Source of the DNA: an uncultured Bacteroidota bacterium
Lineage (GTDB): Bacteria; Bacteroidota; Bacteroidia; Chitinophagales; Chitinophagaceae
Assembly (NCBI GenBank): GCA_903887005.1
Contig: CAISOH010000208.1
Coordinates: forward strand, 5,252-69,251
Length of the DNA: 64,000 bases
Reading direction: 5' to 3'
Part shown: positions 55,446 to 64,000 of the stretch, piece after piece
How positions within the stretch are numbered: position 1 is the first letter of the stretch
Layout: every line of letters starts with the position of its first letter
Position numbers and translations under genes: made by a program
Notes under the pieces: model-generated
Database searches by the model: none
The model's input: only the letters and a program-made list of their open reading frames with translations
Told to the model about the DNA's origin: nothing

Positions 55446-55990
55446 ATTTCGTATCTGCACCACTGCTAAAGCTATGACTGTTGATAAGGGCGAGGCTCGG
55501 AAAGGACAGAATATATATGAGTGGTTGAATATGCATTTCCAGATCATGGAGAAAACCACTCATAATCAATACAAAAACATCTTTTGAACTTAATAACTTC
55601 CATGAATCGTCTACAATTAAATCATTAATCGCACGCAGGACACCATTAATTAATATGCCGAATTCCACGATCTGTATATTCATTGAAAAAATAAAGATTG
55701 TTGTCAGAATAGATTTGCGAAAAATTATTTCTAATACTTAATATGTTTCCTTGCAAATTATTAGGGGCCAGTTCTAGTTTTCTTTTGAAACGCTCAGGAA
55801 TATCTATTGTGTGTATAATACTTTAGCTTCCTAAAAAATTTTAAGCAAGCATGAAAATATATTACAATTTGTAAAGGAAGTAACAAATTCATCAATTTTG
55901 TTGAAATGTTTTATTTTGTCTCACAAAAACAATATCCCCTTAAAGGTCTCGCTTCAGCCTGTTGGAGCAAAATCTAACTTACCATTTGCG

Positions 55991-56012
55991 TTCTACTTTC
56001 TACTTTTGAATT
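55991..56012. repeat. short TTCTACTT word repeat containing a TAnnTTTG match immediately upstream of a start codon
   Basis: ttctactttctacttttgaatt ends 3 nt before the ATG at 56016. TACTTTTG matches the Bacteroidota -7 consensus. The same words occur at 46259-46332. Confidence 0.6.
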
Positions 56013-56015
56013 AGA

Positions 56016-58175
56016 ATGGCTTATCTCCAATCATATAAACGGCTAAATGCGCTGATACAAAACGAAAGTTTTGAACCAATGATCAGTTGGGGATTGCGTA
56101 TGGCATTATCTGGCACCTTGCCTATATTATGGGGGCTGGCAACAGGAAGGTTGGTGGATGCAGTATGGATAACGCTTACTGCGGAAGCCATATCGTGGGT
56201 AGAAATGAAAGGGTCTTTTGCATGGCGGGTACGCACTTTATTATCCGGCGCTATATTGGCGATATTTTTTTCGGTACTTGGCACGGTGACGGGGTTTGAT
56301 ATATGGCTGAGCGTGTTGTGTATGTTCATAGTAGGCTATGTGGCTACGGTGCTGAAAGACATTGGCGACCGCGCAAGCGGGCTTGCTATCTGTGTATATC
56401 TGTTATTTATCATCTGCAATGCCTTTCCGGCAACAGCGTATCACGAAGTTACAAAACGCTTAGAGCTGATAACAGCAGGCGCGGTATTGCCGGTAATTAT
56501 TGGCATTGTAACTTCCTTATTAATGCCCGCAGAACAGCCGTTCCGGAGGCAGATAGCCCTTATATGGCGATCTATATCTGTGCTAATTGGAACTATATCT
56601 AAAAGCGGTATTGAAAAGAGTATCAGAGAGGGAATTGGCGAGGTTTACCTGAAAGAAAATGATGTGCGGGCTGCCATAAATAAGTCGTACGAGTTTTACG
56701 GACGAATGGCGCACCAGGTAAATCAAAAAGACAACCGGCAATACCAGTTGGCTCTGCTTAGAAAGGCTGCCGGGCTGGTTGCAGTAAATGTGATAGCAAT
56801 TGCTGAGGAGATGGCACATGTGCCTGTGTCTGAACTCGATGAAAAACTACGAATAAAGGCCGCTACCTTATACAGCGCTATGAAGGAAGCCGTAAGCCGC
56901 ATTTCCATCTTTGTAATTACATTGAAACCTGAAGAAAAACTGCTGGCTGTTTCACATATTAACCGGATGAAAAAACTAACCGCGTTAATCAGGGAGTACC
57001 CACCATCTCCTGATGAAAAACAAGCCATCTCCATAAAAAGGATACTGCAACTGACTGACAGAACTGTAAAGCTGCTGGAGAGCGCCATACAACGTATAGA
57101 ACAAATGGGAACCGATGTGATTGTTGCCAGGTCTTATTCGTTTACAAAAACATTATTCATTTTAAAACCCCGATACTTCTTCAACAGCCTGCGTGTCTTT
57201 TTTAATCCAGATACTTTTACCACACGGTATGCATTACGTTCGGCAATAGCGGCTACCGTTGCTTTATTCATTTATAAGTGGTTCCATATAGATCATGGTT
57301 ACTGGCTGCCTTTCAGCGTTATGATCATTATCCAGCCATATTTTGGCGCTACCTTTAAGAAAGCGATAGACAGGGTGGTTGGAACATTGCTGGGCGGCTT
57401 GGCCGGAGGCCTTTTGTTACATCTGCCAACCGGATTACACCTGAAAGAAGTGATAATATTCATCACATTTATTCTGATGGTGTATTATATCAGGAAACGA
57501 TACGCGGTGGCCGCATTCATCATAACCCTGAATCTTGTATTGCTATTCAATATAGAGTCCGCTTACTCTGATATGCTGATGGTAACCAGAGCGCTATGTA
57601 CCATCGGAGGGGCGGCGCTTGCAGTAATATCAGGCTTTGCTCTTTTGCCAACCTGGGATAAAAAATGGCTGCCCTCGCATCTTGCGGCAGCCATACAATG
57701 CAACTACGAATATTTTACCAATACTTTCTTTTCAGCAAGCAGGAATCTCAACTGGATACGGGATAAAAGAAACGCCGAGTCGAAAAACAGTAATGTTTTT
57801 GAATCATTCACTCGTTATATGGAGGAACCTGGCAAAGAAAAATCTGAGATCTATTATGACCTTATCACTACCAATGTACGCATAACCCGCAATCTGAACA
57901 ACATACACCTCGAACAGGACGAAAAGAAAAATGAACCTGACTTATCCGCAACTATTAACCAGCAAATCAGGATCAATGAATGCCTGGAATGTTTCAATAA
58001 GATTATGGGCTACTTACCGCATCTGGAGCCGGTAATAAACGCCAACACAATTGAAAATGACAAACTGTACCTTTCTCCTTTCAGGCTTGATGACACGCAA
58101 ATGATCTCCCTGGAAAAACTGATCATTGAATTAAAATCAATGCAGCAGGATATGGAGAAAGTCGCGGGTGTTTAA
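56016..58175 (+). CDS. FUSC/YccS-family integral membrane protein (putative aromatic-acid/fusaric-acid-type exporter)
   Basis: 719 aa with two hydrophobic multi-TM blocks separated by a long cytoplasmic helical region. ALRSAIAATVALFIYKWFHIDHGYWLPFSVMIIIQP is typical of the FUSC family. Confidence 0.7.
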   Translation: MAYLQSYKRLNALIQNESFEPMISWGLRMALSGTLPILWGLATGRLVDAVWITLTAEAISWVEMKGSFAWRVRTLLSGAILAIFFSVLGTVTGFDIWLSVLCMFIVGYVATVLKDIGDRASGLAICVYLLFIICNAFPATAYHEVTKRLELITAGAVLPVIIGIVTSLLMPAEQPFRRQIALIWRSISVLIGTISKSGIEKSIREGIGEVYLKENDVRAAINKSYEFYGRMAHQVNQKDNRQYQLALLRKAAGLVAVNVIAIAEEMAHVPVSELDEKLRIKAATLYSAMKEAVSRISIFVITLKPEEKLLAVSHINRMKKLTALIREYPPSPDEKQAISIKRILQLTDRTVKLLESAIQRIEQMGTDVIVARSYSFTKTLFILKPRYFFNSLRVFFNPDTFTTRYALRSAIAATVALFIYKWFHIDHGYWLPFSVMIIIQPYFGATFKKAIDRVVGTLLGGLAGGLLLHLPTGLHLKEVIIFITFILMVYYIRKRYAVAAFIITLNLVLLFNIESAYSDMLMVTRALCTIGGAALAVISGFALLPTWDKKWLPSHLAAAIQCNYEYFTNTFFSASRNLNWIRDKRNAESKNSNVFESFTRYMEEPGKEKSEIYYDLITTNVRITRNLNNIHLEQDEKKNEPDLSATINQQIRINECLECFNKIMGYLPHLEPVINANTIENDKLYLSPFRLDDTQMISLEKLIIELKSMQQDMEKVAGV

Positions 58176-58209
58176 TAGATTAACAAGTAATAATAATGAA
58201 CTAATCCCT

Positions 58210-59394
58210 TCAAATCTCCATCATCTTTTCCAGATGATGGTAACCAATTCCGAAGTATGCTTTTGCACTTTTTATCTTTTGTAATATCTCTTCTTTATTT
58301 GCAGCTAATTTTTCACTCTTAATACCAGTTATCATTACATTTTTGGGCGTGTGGGCGTCTGAGATAAATTCAAAGACTTTTGTCTTGTATCCGAAATATT
58401 CGAGTATCAACGCCCTTATGCCATCCGTAACCATTTCAGCCTGTCGTTCTAAAAAAATACCATGCTTTGTGAGGAAATCGAGGTCATTATGAACCTTATG
58501 CTTTTCCATCTCACGCCTAATCTGTTTATGACAACAGGGCGCCACAACTATCAGGTCTACATTTGCGGCGATGCCTTTGTAAATTGCGTCATCGGTTGCA
58601 GTATCGCAGGCATGAAGGGCTATAAGTATGTTGGTACCCGTACTGTCGTAATGTTCTATTGTGCCTTCTGCAAAATGCAGCTTATCAAATCTGCTGTTCC
58701 ATGCAATCTTATTGCATAGCTCCACCAGGTCAGGACGAAATTCAACGCCTGTCACCTCTGGCTGCAAATGAAGTACATTCGTGAGATAGTCATATAATGC
58801 AAAAGTTAAGTACCCTTTGCCGCAGCCCATGTCGGTTACCTTTTTAAGATGCCCGGCAGGAATATCTTTGATCAGCGGGCTCAGTATCTCTATATAGTGG
58901 TTGATCTGCCGGTATTTATCCTGTGCGCTTTTGAAAACATTTCCTTCTTTGTCAGTAATATTTAATTCAGTAAGGTATGCTTTGTCCTTTGCTGTAATTA
59001 ATCGCTGCTTATTCTTATCATGCTCTAAAGAAGGCACAGCGTTTTTTGTCGGTGCAATTTTCCTGATAGTTACTTTAGCATCATTAAAATTCTCGAGGAT
59101 CAAATCAAAACTGGTTGTAAAAAGCGTTGCAACTTTGAATCCTTCATGGAGCATTTTCTGCACAATGGCTATCCCTTCTTCTGTCGAAAAATTCTTAACA
59201 ATGTCCTTTGTTTTATACCGGTAGGTAACACTCATTTTCACTTCCTTCTTTATCGTAGCCAGCTTTATGTAAATGTTTTTCAGGTTTTCTACACTGCCTT
59301 TATAGTTACCCAAAGAAATGGCTGCAAAAGTATTGTCAGGCAAAGACTGCTTTATGAAGGAAATGAATTCTACAATTTTTTCAGAAACATTCAT
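58210..59394 (-). CDS. class I SAM-dependent methyltransferase (Methyltransf_32-like)
   Basis: Motif I VTDMGCGKGYLTF. ALHACDTATDDAI and VAPCCH motifs are characteristic of that family as I remember it. Confidence 0.7.
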   Translation of the reverse strand: MNVSEKIVEFISFIKQSLPDNTFAAISLGNYKGSVENLKNIYIKLATIKKEVKMSVTYRYKTKDIVKNFSTEEGIAIVQKMLHEGFKVATLFTTSFDLILENFNDAKVTIRKIAPTKNAVPSLEHDKNKQRLITAKDKAYLTELNITDKEGNVFKSAQDKYRQINHYIEILSPLIKDIPAGHLKKVTDMGCGKGYLTFALYDYLTNVLHLQPEVTGVEFRPDLVELCNKIAWNSRFDKLHFAEGTIEHYDSTGTNILIALHACDTATDDAIYKGIAANVDLIVVAPCCHKQIRREMEKHKVHNDLDFLTKHGIFLERQAEMVTDGIRALILEYFGYKTKVFEFISDAHTPKNVMITGIKSEKLAANKEEILQKIKSAKAYFGIGYHHLEKMMEI

Positions 59395-59467
59395 TTTTAT
59401 TTTTTAAGAAGAGTTAATCCTATGTAATGGCCGCAATTTAAAACATTAATCCTGTACCAGAGATTCA

Positions 59468-60214
59468 TTATTCCAGTTCTATTTGTATCCTTCTGAAGTC
59501 AGTCAGCGGAGCTTCATTGCTTATATATACTTCCCCGTTTGCCAGTAACCCTTTAGCAGTAATCAATCCATCCGCATATTGCTGAATATCTGACAACCTT
59601 GCTACCAATGTAATGCAATAAGGTACAGCGGGCAAATTAGGAGCGCCTTCCCTTGTATCCTTGCACCCATAATAAATGCTGAACCCAACATACTTTATCT
59701 CGCTGGCTTTAAATTCATCCAGCGCTTTGAGAGAGGGCAGGAGACAATTTTGCAAAGCCACTTTAATGATCCTGCCTTCCTTCATTTTGCTCAGGTTATA
59801 TACGTCGCCGTCTTTCAGCGCCTTGATATGCAATGCCAATGCAGTATCGTTATAAAAACAGAACTGATAAGGTGTGCCGGTATATAAAAAGCTGGACGCT
59901 ACGGTTGTTTTATTAGTGGTGGTTAGAAAGAAATGCCTCAGCGGATCAAATTGTTTCATTAATAAAATATCGCTGTATTTTTTGGTTTTAGGCATGGAAT
60001 CAATGTACTTTTCAATATCGAGTATGATTGAATTAACATCATGCTCTTCTGAATGGCTGCTTAAATTCCGGATATACAACGGCAAATTCTCTACTGCCGT
60101 CTGAATGCATTTGTTCATTCCCGGCAGATCGTTTTTGGGAGCGCCTTTTTTATCCTGTGCATTTAATCTAAAAAGTAAACACACACAAAATACAACTAAC
60201 AAAAATTGTTTCAT
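59468..60214 (-). CDS. hypothetical secreted protein
   Basis: Signal peptide MKQFLLVVFCVCLLFRLNAQ. 248 aa. Confidence 0.5.
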   Translation of the reverse strand: MKQFLLVVFCVCLLFRLNAQDKKGAPKNDLPGMNKCIQTAVENLPLYIRNLSSHSEEHDVNSIILDIEKYIDSMPKTKKYSDILLMKQFDPLRHFFLTTTNKTTVASSFLYTGTPYQFCFYNDTALALHIKALKDGDVYNLSKMKEGRIIKVALQNCLLPSLKALDEFKASEIKYVGFSIYYGCKDTREGAPNLPAVPYCITLVARLSDIQQYADGLITAKGLLANGEVYISNEAPLTDFRRIQIELE

Positions 60215-60340
60215 AGAAGGAATTTTTTACAAATATAGACAATAAGCAAATAATAAATTCAATTTCACTTAAGAAGCACGTAGTTCAGGGAGCCCTGGAT
60301 TAATGTTATTTCAAAGAAATTTTAGTCCTAATTTTACATC

Positions 60341-60820
60341 ATGTCTCTAAGCAACTATGAAAGAATGATCCAACTGGTCACTGATGTTTTTGACGTCAAG
60401 AACGATCCTGACCAGCTTAATGTAAATGAAGATATCATCAAACACCTTCAGCTGATTCACCCTGCTACAATGTCCGAGTATGCTGATGAAAACGGCCCGG
60501 CTGTTTGGTTACTATTAATTCCTACTACTACTGAACTGATGGATCAATTTATTTCCTGTAAAATAAACGAACAGCAGCTATATGCCCTCACTCCTGTTGA
60601 CACGGAATACCAGGCCATATACCTTTGTTCCGCTATGGCACTGCCGGAATACAGAGGAAAAGGGATAGCAAAACGCCTGGCTTTGGAAGCGATTGAATCT
60701 ATTCGTAAAGACCACCCCATACAAACACTTTTTGTATGGCCATTCACTAAACAAGGGGATGAACTGGCGGAAAAGCTTGCACAGCAAATCGGTTTACCAT
60801 TGCTTAAACGATCCTGTTAA
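60341..60820 (+). CDS. probable GNAT-family N-acetyltransferase
   Basis: YRGKGIAKRLALEAI resembles the acetyl-CoA-binding motif A (R/Q-x-x-G-x-G/A). 159 aa. Confidence 0.5.
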   Translation: MSLSNYERMIQLVTDVFDVKNDPDQLNVNEDIIKHLQLIHPATMSEYADENGPAVWLLLIPTTTELMDQFISCKINEQQLYALTPVDTEYQAIYLCSAMALPEYRGKGIAKRLALEAIESIRKDHPIQTLFVWPFTKQGDELAEKLAQQIGLPLLKRSC

Positions 60821-60827
60821 GAACAGA

Positions 60828-61346
60828 TTACATACCCGGAAATAATAACCCGCTGAGGAAAGCATCTGCGTAGTATTCATTCGGGAAATTATTGGCAGCA
60901 ACGTACATGAACCCTATATATTTACCATCAGTCCAGCATTTTATTTTCAATGTCTCATGATTTTTGGTTTTCCAGTAGTCAAGTACTCCCCGTGTATCTT
61001 GAACGCTTCTCAACCTTTGACCCTTCCCATAACCCGAAGCGCTGATAACATCAAATGTACTTTTCAGGCTGTCAAGATAAGCCATAAGAAACTCTTCACC
61101 TTTTTCCATGTTCTTTATCCGTTTCTTCAGCTTAAAGCAAATCAGCCCGAATCTCATACCACCTTCCGAACATTTTCCTGAATAAACATCTTTTGAATAC
61201 TGGTTTTGCGTATGTTCAAAGGTGCCGGGATCACAATAGAATGACGCAGAGCATCCGCTGTTACCAATTGGGTATTGTTTCAGGGCCTGGCTATATGAAC
61301 TATAAGTAACGAGTACAGAAATAAGTAAAGTTATTAATGGCTTCAT
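60828..61346 (-). CDS. hypothetical secreted protein
   Basis: Signal peptide MKPLITLLISVLVTYSSYSQA. 172 aa. Confidence 0.5.
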   Translation of the reverse strand: MKPLITLLISVLVTYSSYSQALKQYPIGNSGCSASFYCDPGTFEHTQNQYSKDVYSGKCSEGGMRFGLICFKLKKRIKNMEKGEEFLMAYLDSLKSTFDVISASGYGKGQRLRSVQDTRGVLDYWKTKNHETLKIKCWTDGKYIGFMYVAANNFPNEYYADAFLSGLLFPGM

Positions 61347-61392
61347 GAAGTAAATTTATGTAAATCAAACCAATTTTCCCATACTATGCAGC

Positions 61393-62721
61393 CTACTTTT
61401 TAGGGGCTCTTTTTATAGGTTTTTTATATTTTTTCTTCATCAGGTCAGAATGCTTCACCTTAGCATTTACCTTTTTGTTCTTAGCTGATTTTTCATGGAA
61501 TGCAGGGCCGCTATCTTCTCTTTTGGGTAATTTTATCTGTATCTCTTTCATTCGCACCTTAGGCTGTTCGTCTTCGGTAAGCACCTCAGAGATTTCCAGA
61601 TCTTCCGGCAATGACAAGATGGGTATCCGGTAATTCATCAGACTTTCAATTTTAGCCTGGTACTCTTTTTCCTTTTCTGTAATAAAGGTGATGGATATAC
61701 CTTTTTTATCGGCTCTCCCGGTTCTGCCTATACGATGCATATAGTTTTCCGGAACTTCCGGTGTATCAAAATTAATTACGTGAGTCACCTCGGCAATATC
61801 AAGCCCCCTGGCTATAATATCAGTAGCTATAATAAAACGATAATTACCCGCCTGGAACTGGTTTACTGTATTAAACCGGTGGTTCTGTTCTTTGTTACTA
61901 TGAATTACCCCGGCCTTTCCGGGAAATTTCGGTTCCAGTTGTTCGTACAATTGATCTGCAAGTCGCTTTGTTGCCACAAATACCAGTACTTTGGTCATCT
62001 CAGCATCCTTTGTAAGCAAAAGCTCCAGGAGATTCACCTTTGTATAAAAGTTAGGTACATAATACGCTGCCTGGTTAATATTCTCTAACGGAGTCCCCGT
62101 CGGTGCTGCCTCTACCCTTACCGGACTGTTAAAATAAGCATTCATCAGCGTCTGTACTTCATCAGTAATGGTTGCTGAAAACAACAGGTTTTGCCTTTTG
62201 GCAGGTAGCAGGTCCAGAATGTTATTTAGTTGTGTACGAAAGCCCAGGTTGAACATCTCATCTACTTCATCTATAACCAGTTTTTTGATGGCTTTCAGTT
62301 TTAATGAACCATCATAGGCGAGGTCTAATAACCGGCCCGGAGTAGCAACTACAATGTCCATACCATTTTCTACAGCAGTTCGCTGAGGTTTCATGGGCAC
62401 ACCGCCATACACGCCCACAACTTCCAGCGTCATATAGGTAGTCAATTGTTTCACCGCTTCCGTTACCTGTACCACCAGTTCGCGTGTAGGCACAATTATC
62501 AGAATTTGCGGAAATCTATCTTTGGAATACTTCCATTGCCGTAGGATAGGAAGCAGGTATGCGAATGTTTTACCGGTTCCCGTTTGGGCTATTCCACACA
62601 CATCCCGCCCGGACATCATTACTGAAAATACCCTTCCCTGGATAGTGGTAGGTGTAATATAACCGAGGTCGTTTAAAGCGTTTAATAAAGGGGTACTTAA
62701 ATTTAAATCATTAAAAGTCAT
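61393..62721 (-). CDS. DEAD-box ATP-dependent RNA helicase
   Basis: Q-motif region, motif I AQTGTGKT, motif II DEVD, motif III SAT, motif VI HRIGRTGRA, and a basic Lys-rich C-terminal tail. Confidence 0.93.
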   Translation of the reverse strand: MTFNDLNLSTPLLNALNDLGYITPTTIQGRVFSVMMSGRDVCGIAQTGTGKTFAYLLPILRQWKYSKDRFPQILIIVPTRELVVQVTEAVKQLTTYMTLEVVGVYGGVPMKPQRTAVENGMDIVVATPGRLLDLAYDGSLKLKAIKKLVIDEVDEMFNLGFRTQLNNILDLLPAKRQNLLFSATITDEVQTLMNAYFNSPVRVEAAPTGTPLENINQAAYYVPNFYTKVNLLELLLTKDAEMTKVLVFVATKRLADQLYEQLEPKFPGKAGVIHSNKEQNHRFNTVNQFQAGNYRFIIATDIIARGLDIAEVTHVINFDTPEVPENYMHRIGRTGRADKKGISITFITEKEKEYQAKIESLMNYRIPILSLPEDLEISEVLTEDEQPKVRMKEIQIKLPKREDSGPAFHEKSAKNKKVNAKVKHSDLMKKKYKKPIKRAPKK

Positions 62722-62859
62722 AACAAAACAATATAAACGAAGGTAGTCTATTCTTCAGTTAGTGGGATCCTGTGTTCCATTTCCCTGGAAATGCGGCAAT
62801 GGTATCTGAAAAAAACATGCTGGTATAATTTTTATACCATTTTTATAAAAAACAATAAT

Positions 62860-63474
62860 ATGCGTTACCTGATCTTACCTTTAGCAGCATTAGTCATTAT
62901 CATTACGTCTGCCTTTACAAAAATAAAAAGCCTTACTGTTACAAGTACAGCTTTTACAAATAATAGTCCGATACCTGTAAAATATACCTGCCTTGGCCAG
63001 GGACTTAACCCTCCTCTCTCTATTGCTGATATACCGCCTGAAGCAAAGTCAATGGTTATTATTGTGTGCGACCCAGATGCTACGACAAAGGTAGTAACAC
63101 CTGTTTCTGCTACCCAGGTAGTGAATAAGAAAGGTTCCCATAAGAAAACTACTGTTAAAAAAGGTATGAGGACCACAGAAACCTGTGCTGTGAATGGCTA
63201 TACCAACTGGATTGTCTGGAACATAGAAGTTACTGACATGATACCGGAGGATTATAGATCGGAAGCAATGGGAATGAACAGCGCTGATCTCAGAGGCTAC
63301 CAGGGGATGTGCCCGCAAACAGGAACACACACTTATCATTTCAGGGTTTATGCACTTGACAGCAAGTTGAACATTGATAAAAACATTAACATAGCAGGAT
63401 TGGAAAAGGTAATGGAAGGGCATATTTTAGCGAAAGGCGAGTTAACAGGCCAATACAATAAAACGTATAGATAG
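62860..63474 (+). CDS. YbhB/YbcL (PEBP) family protein, secreted
   Basis: Signal peptide. CDPDA and HTYHFRVYALD motifs of bacterial PEBPs. A Lys/Thr-rich insertion of about 30 aa follows the DPDA motif. Confidence 0.7.
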   Translation: MRYLILPLAALVIIITSAFTKIKSLTVTSTAFTNNSPIPVKYTCLGQGLNPPLSIADIPPEAKSMVIIVCDPDATTKVVTPVSATQVVNKKGSHKKTTVKKGMRTTETCAVNGYTNWIVWNIEVTDMIPEDYRSEAMGMNSADLRGYQGMCPQTGTHTYHFRVYALDSKLNIDKNINIAGLEKVMEGHILAKGELTGQYNKTYR

Positions 63475-63530
63475 TTGGCAATTTGCAGTTGGCAATTGGA
63501 ACCAACGGATGATAAAACGCTTGTTACTCA

Positions 63531-63561
63531 GATTTGTCAACTTTTAAAAAGTTGACAAATC
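63531..63561. terminator. perfect 31-bp palindrome between convergent genes (bidirectional terminator candidate)
   Basis: gatttgtcaactttt-a-aaaagttgacaaatc, with 15-bp arms. Confidence 0.55.
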
Positions 63562-63621
63562 TACCATGCAGCTAATCAAAAAAAACCGAAACTCTTATTG
63601 TAAGAAACCACAGTCCTTTGG

Positions 63622-64000
63622 CTACACTTTGTCATCCTGGTGATGCATGGTTCTCCGGCTGCCATCATACAATTCATACTCCATCAACCGGCAATCTATA
63701 ATACTGGTATAAAATTCTATTCTTCTTTTTGCTTTCAGCCCTATTTTTTTGGCAAGCTCCAGGTTGCCCGTAAATATGTAACCGAAATAACCTCCGCATT
63801 TCTTTTTCATAAAATCACCAATGCGCTTGTAAGTAACTTCCAGCTCTGATTCTTCACCAAGGCGCTCGCCATATTCCGGGTTCATGAACATGATACCTCC
63901 TGCACCCTGGGGCACCTCAGTATCTTCAAAATCACAGACAGAAAATTTAATTAAGTCCGCTACACCTGCTGCCACGGCATTCTTCCGGGCACTTACTATG
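63622..64000 (-). CDS. THUMP-associated class I SAM-dependent RNA (N6-adenine-type) methyltransferase, C-terminal part (gene continues beyond the window)
   Basis: FMNPEYGERLG is a variant of the NPPYGERL catalytic motif of RlmL/UPF0020 enzymes. The reading frame stays open to position 64000 (..IVSARKNAVAAGVADLIKF..). Confidence 0.7.
   Translation of the reverse strand, partial: IVSARKNAVAAGVADLIKFSVCDFEDTEVPQGAGGIMFMNPEYGERLGEESELEVTYKRIGDFMKKKCGGYFGYIFTGNLELAKKIGLKAKRRIEFYTSIIDCRLMEYELYDGSRRTMHHQDDKV

Noticed and set aside
55444-55683. 79-aa minus-strand ORF in the sucC-FUSC intergenic region.
   Set aside because: It is short, has no motifs or signal peptide, and lies in an AT-rich 0.7-kb gap that is more likely regulatory. 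It was not called as a gene.

Overview
This is a chromosomal segment from a Bacteroidota genome, probably Chitinophagaceae- or Sphingobacteriia-like. Two large secreted proteins end in T9SS C-terminal sorting domains, and one TAnnTTTG promoter-like box was seen. About 55 genes are supported. Housekeeping genes include asnB, trxA, dnaE, pepE, maeB, eno, an ftsB-like gene, sucC, an ABC-F ATPase and a DEAD-box helicase. I recognised no rRNA, tRNA, CRISPR array, transposase or integrase. The main point of interest is a regulator-dense, cytochrome-rich island at about 22.9-38.0 kb. It holds three tandem near-identical MarR genes, a fourth copy 8 kb away, and an FNR-like Crp-family regulator with an N-terminal Cys cluster. 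A seven-gene operon follows, starting with a Tat-exported NrfC-like FeS protein and an NrfD-like quinol-interacting membrane protein. That operon has no recognisable catalytic subunit. Its remaining genes are an anchored beta-sandwich protein, a monohaem cytochrome c, a DOMON/EB_dh-like protein, a CX4CH lipoprotein and an outer-membrane barrel. A second operon encodes a porin, three monohaem cytochromes c and a 12-TM protein with three His-containing intramembrane motifs. FNR-box-like palindromes (CTGAT-N4-ATCAG) and a perfect 52-bp palindrome lie in the island's promoter regions. Other points are an antitoxin/ParE pair followed directly by a Qnr-like pentapeptide-repeat gene, 7-8-nt periodic word repeats in many intergenic regions, and a 2730-aa adhesin-like protein with a 1.55-kb internal tandem duplication. 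All functional calls come from reading motifs by eye and need HMM or BLAST confirmation.
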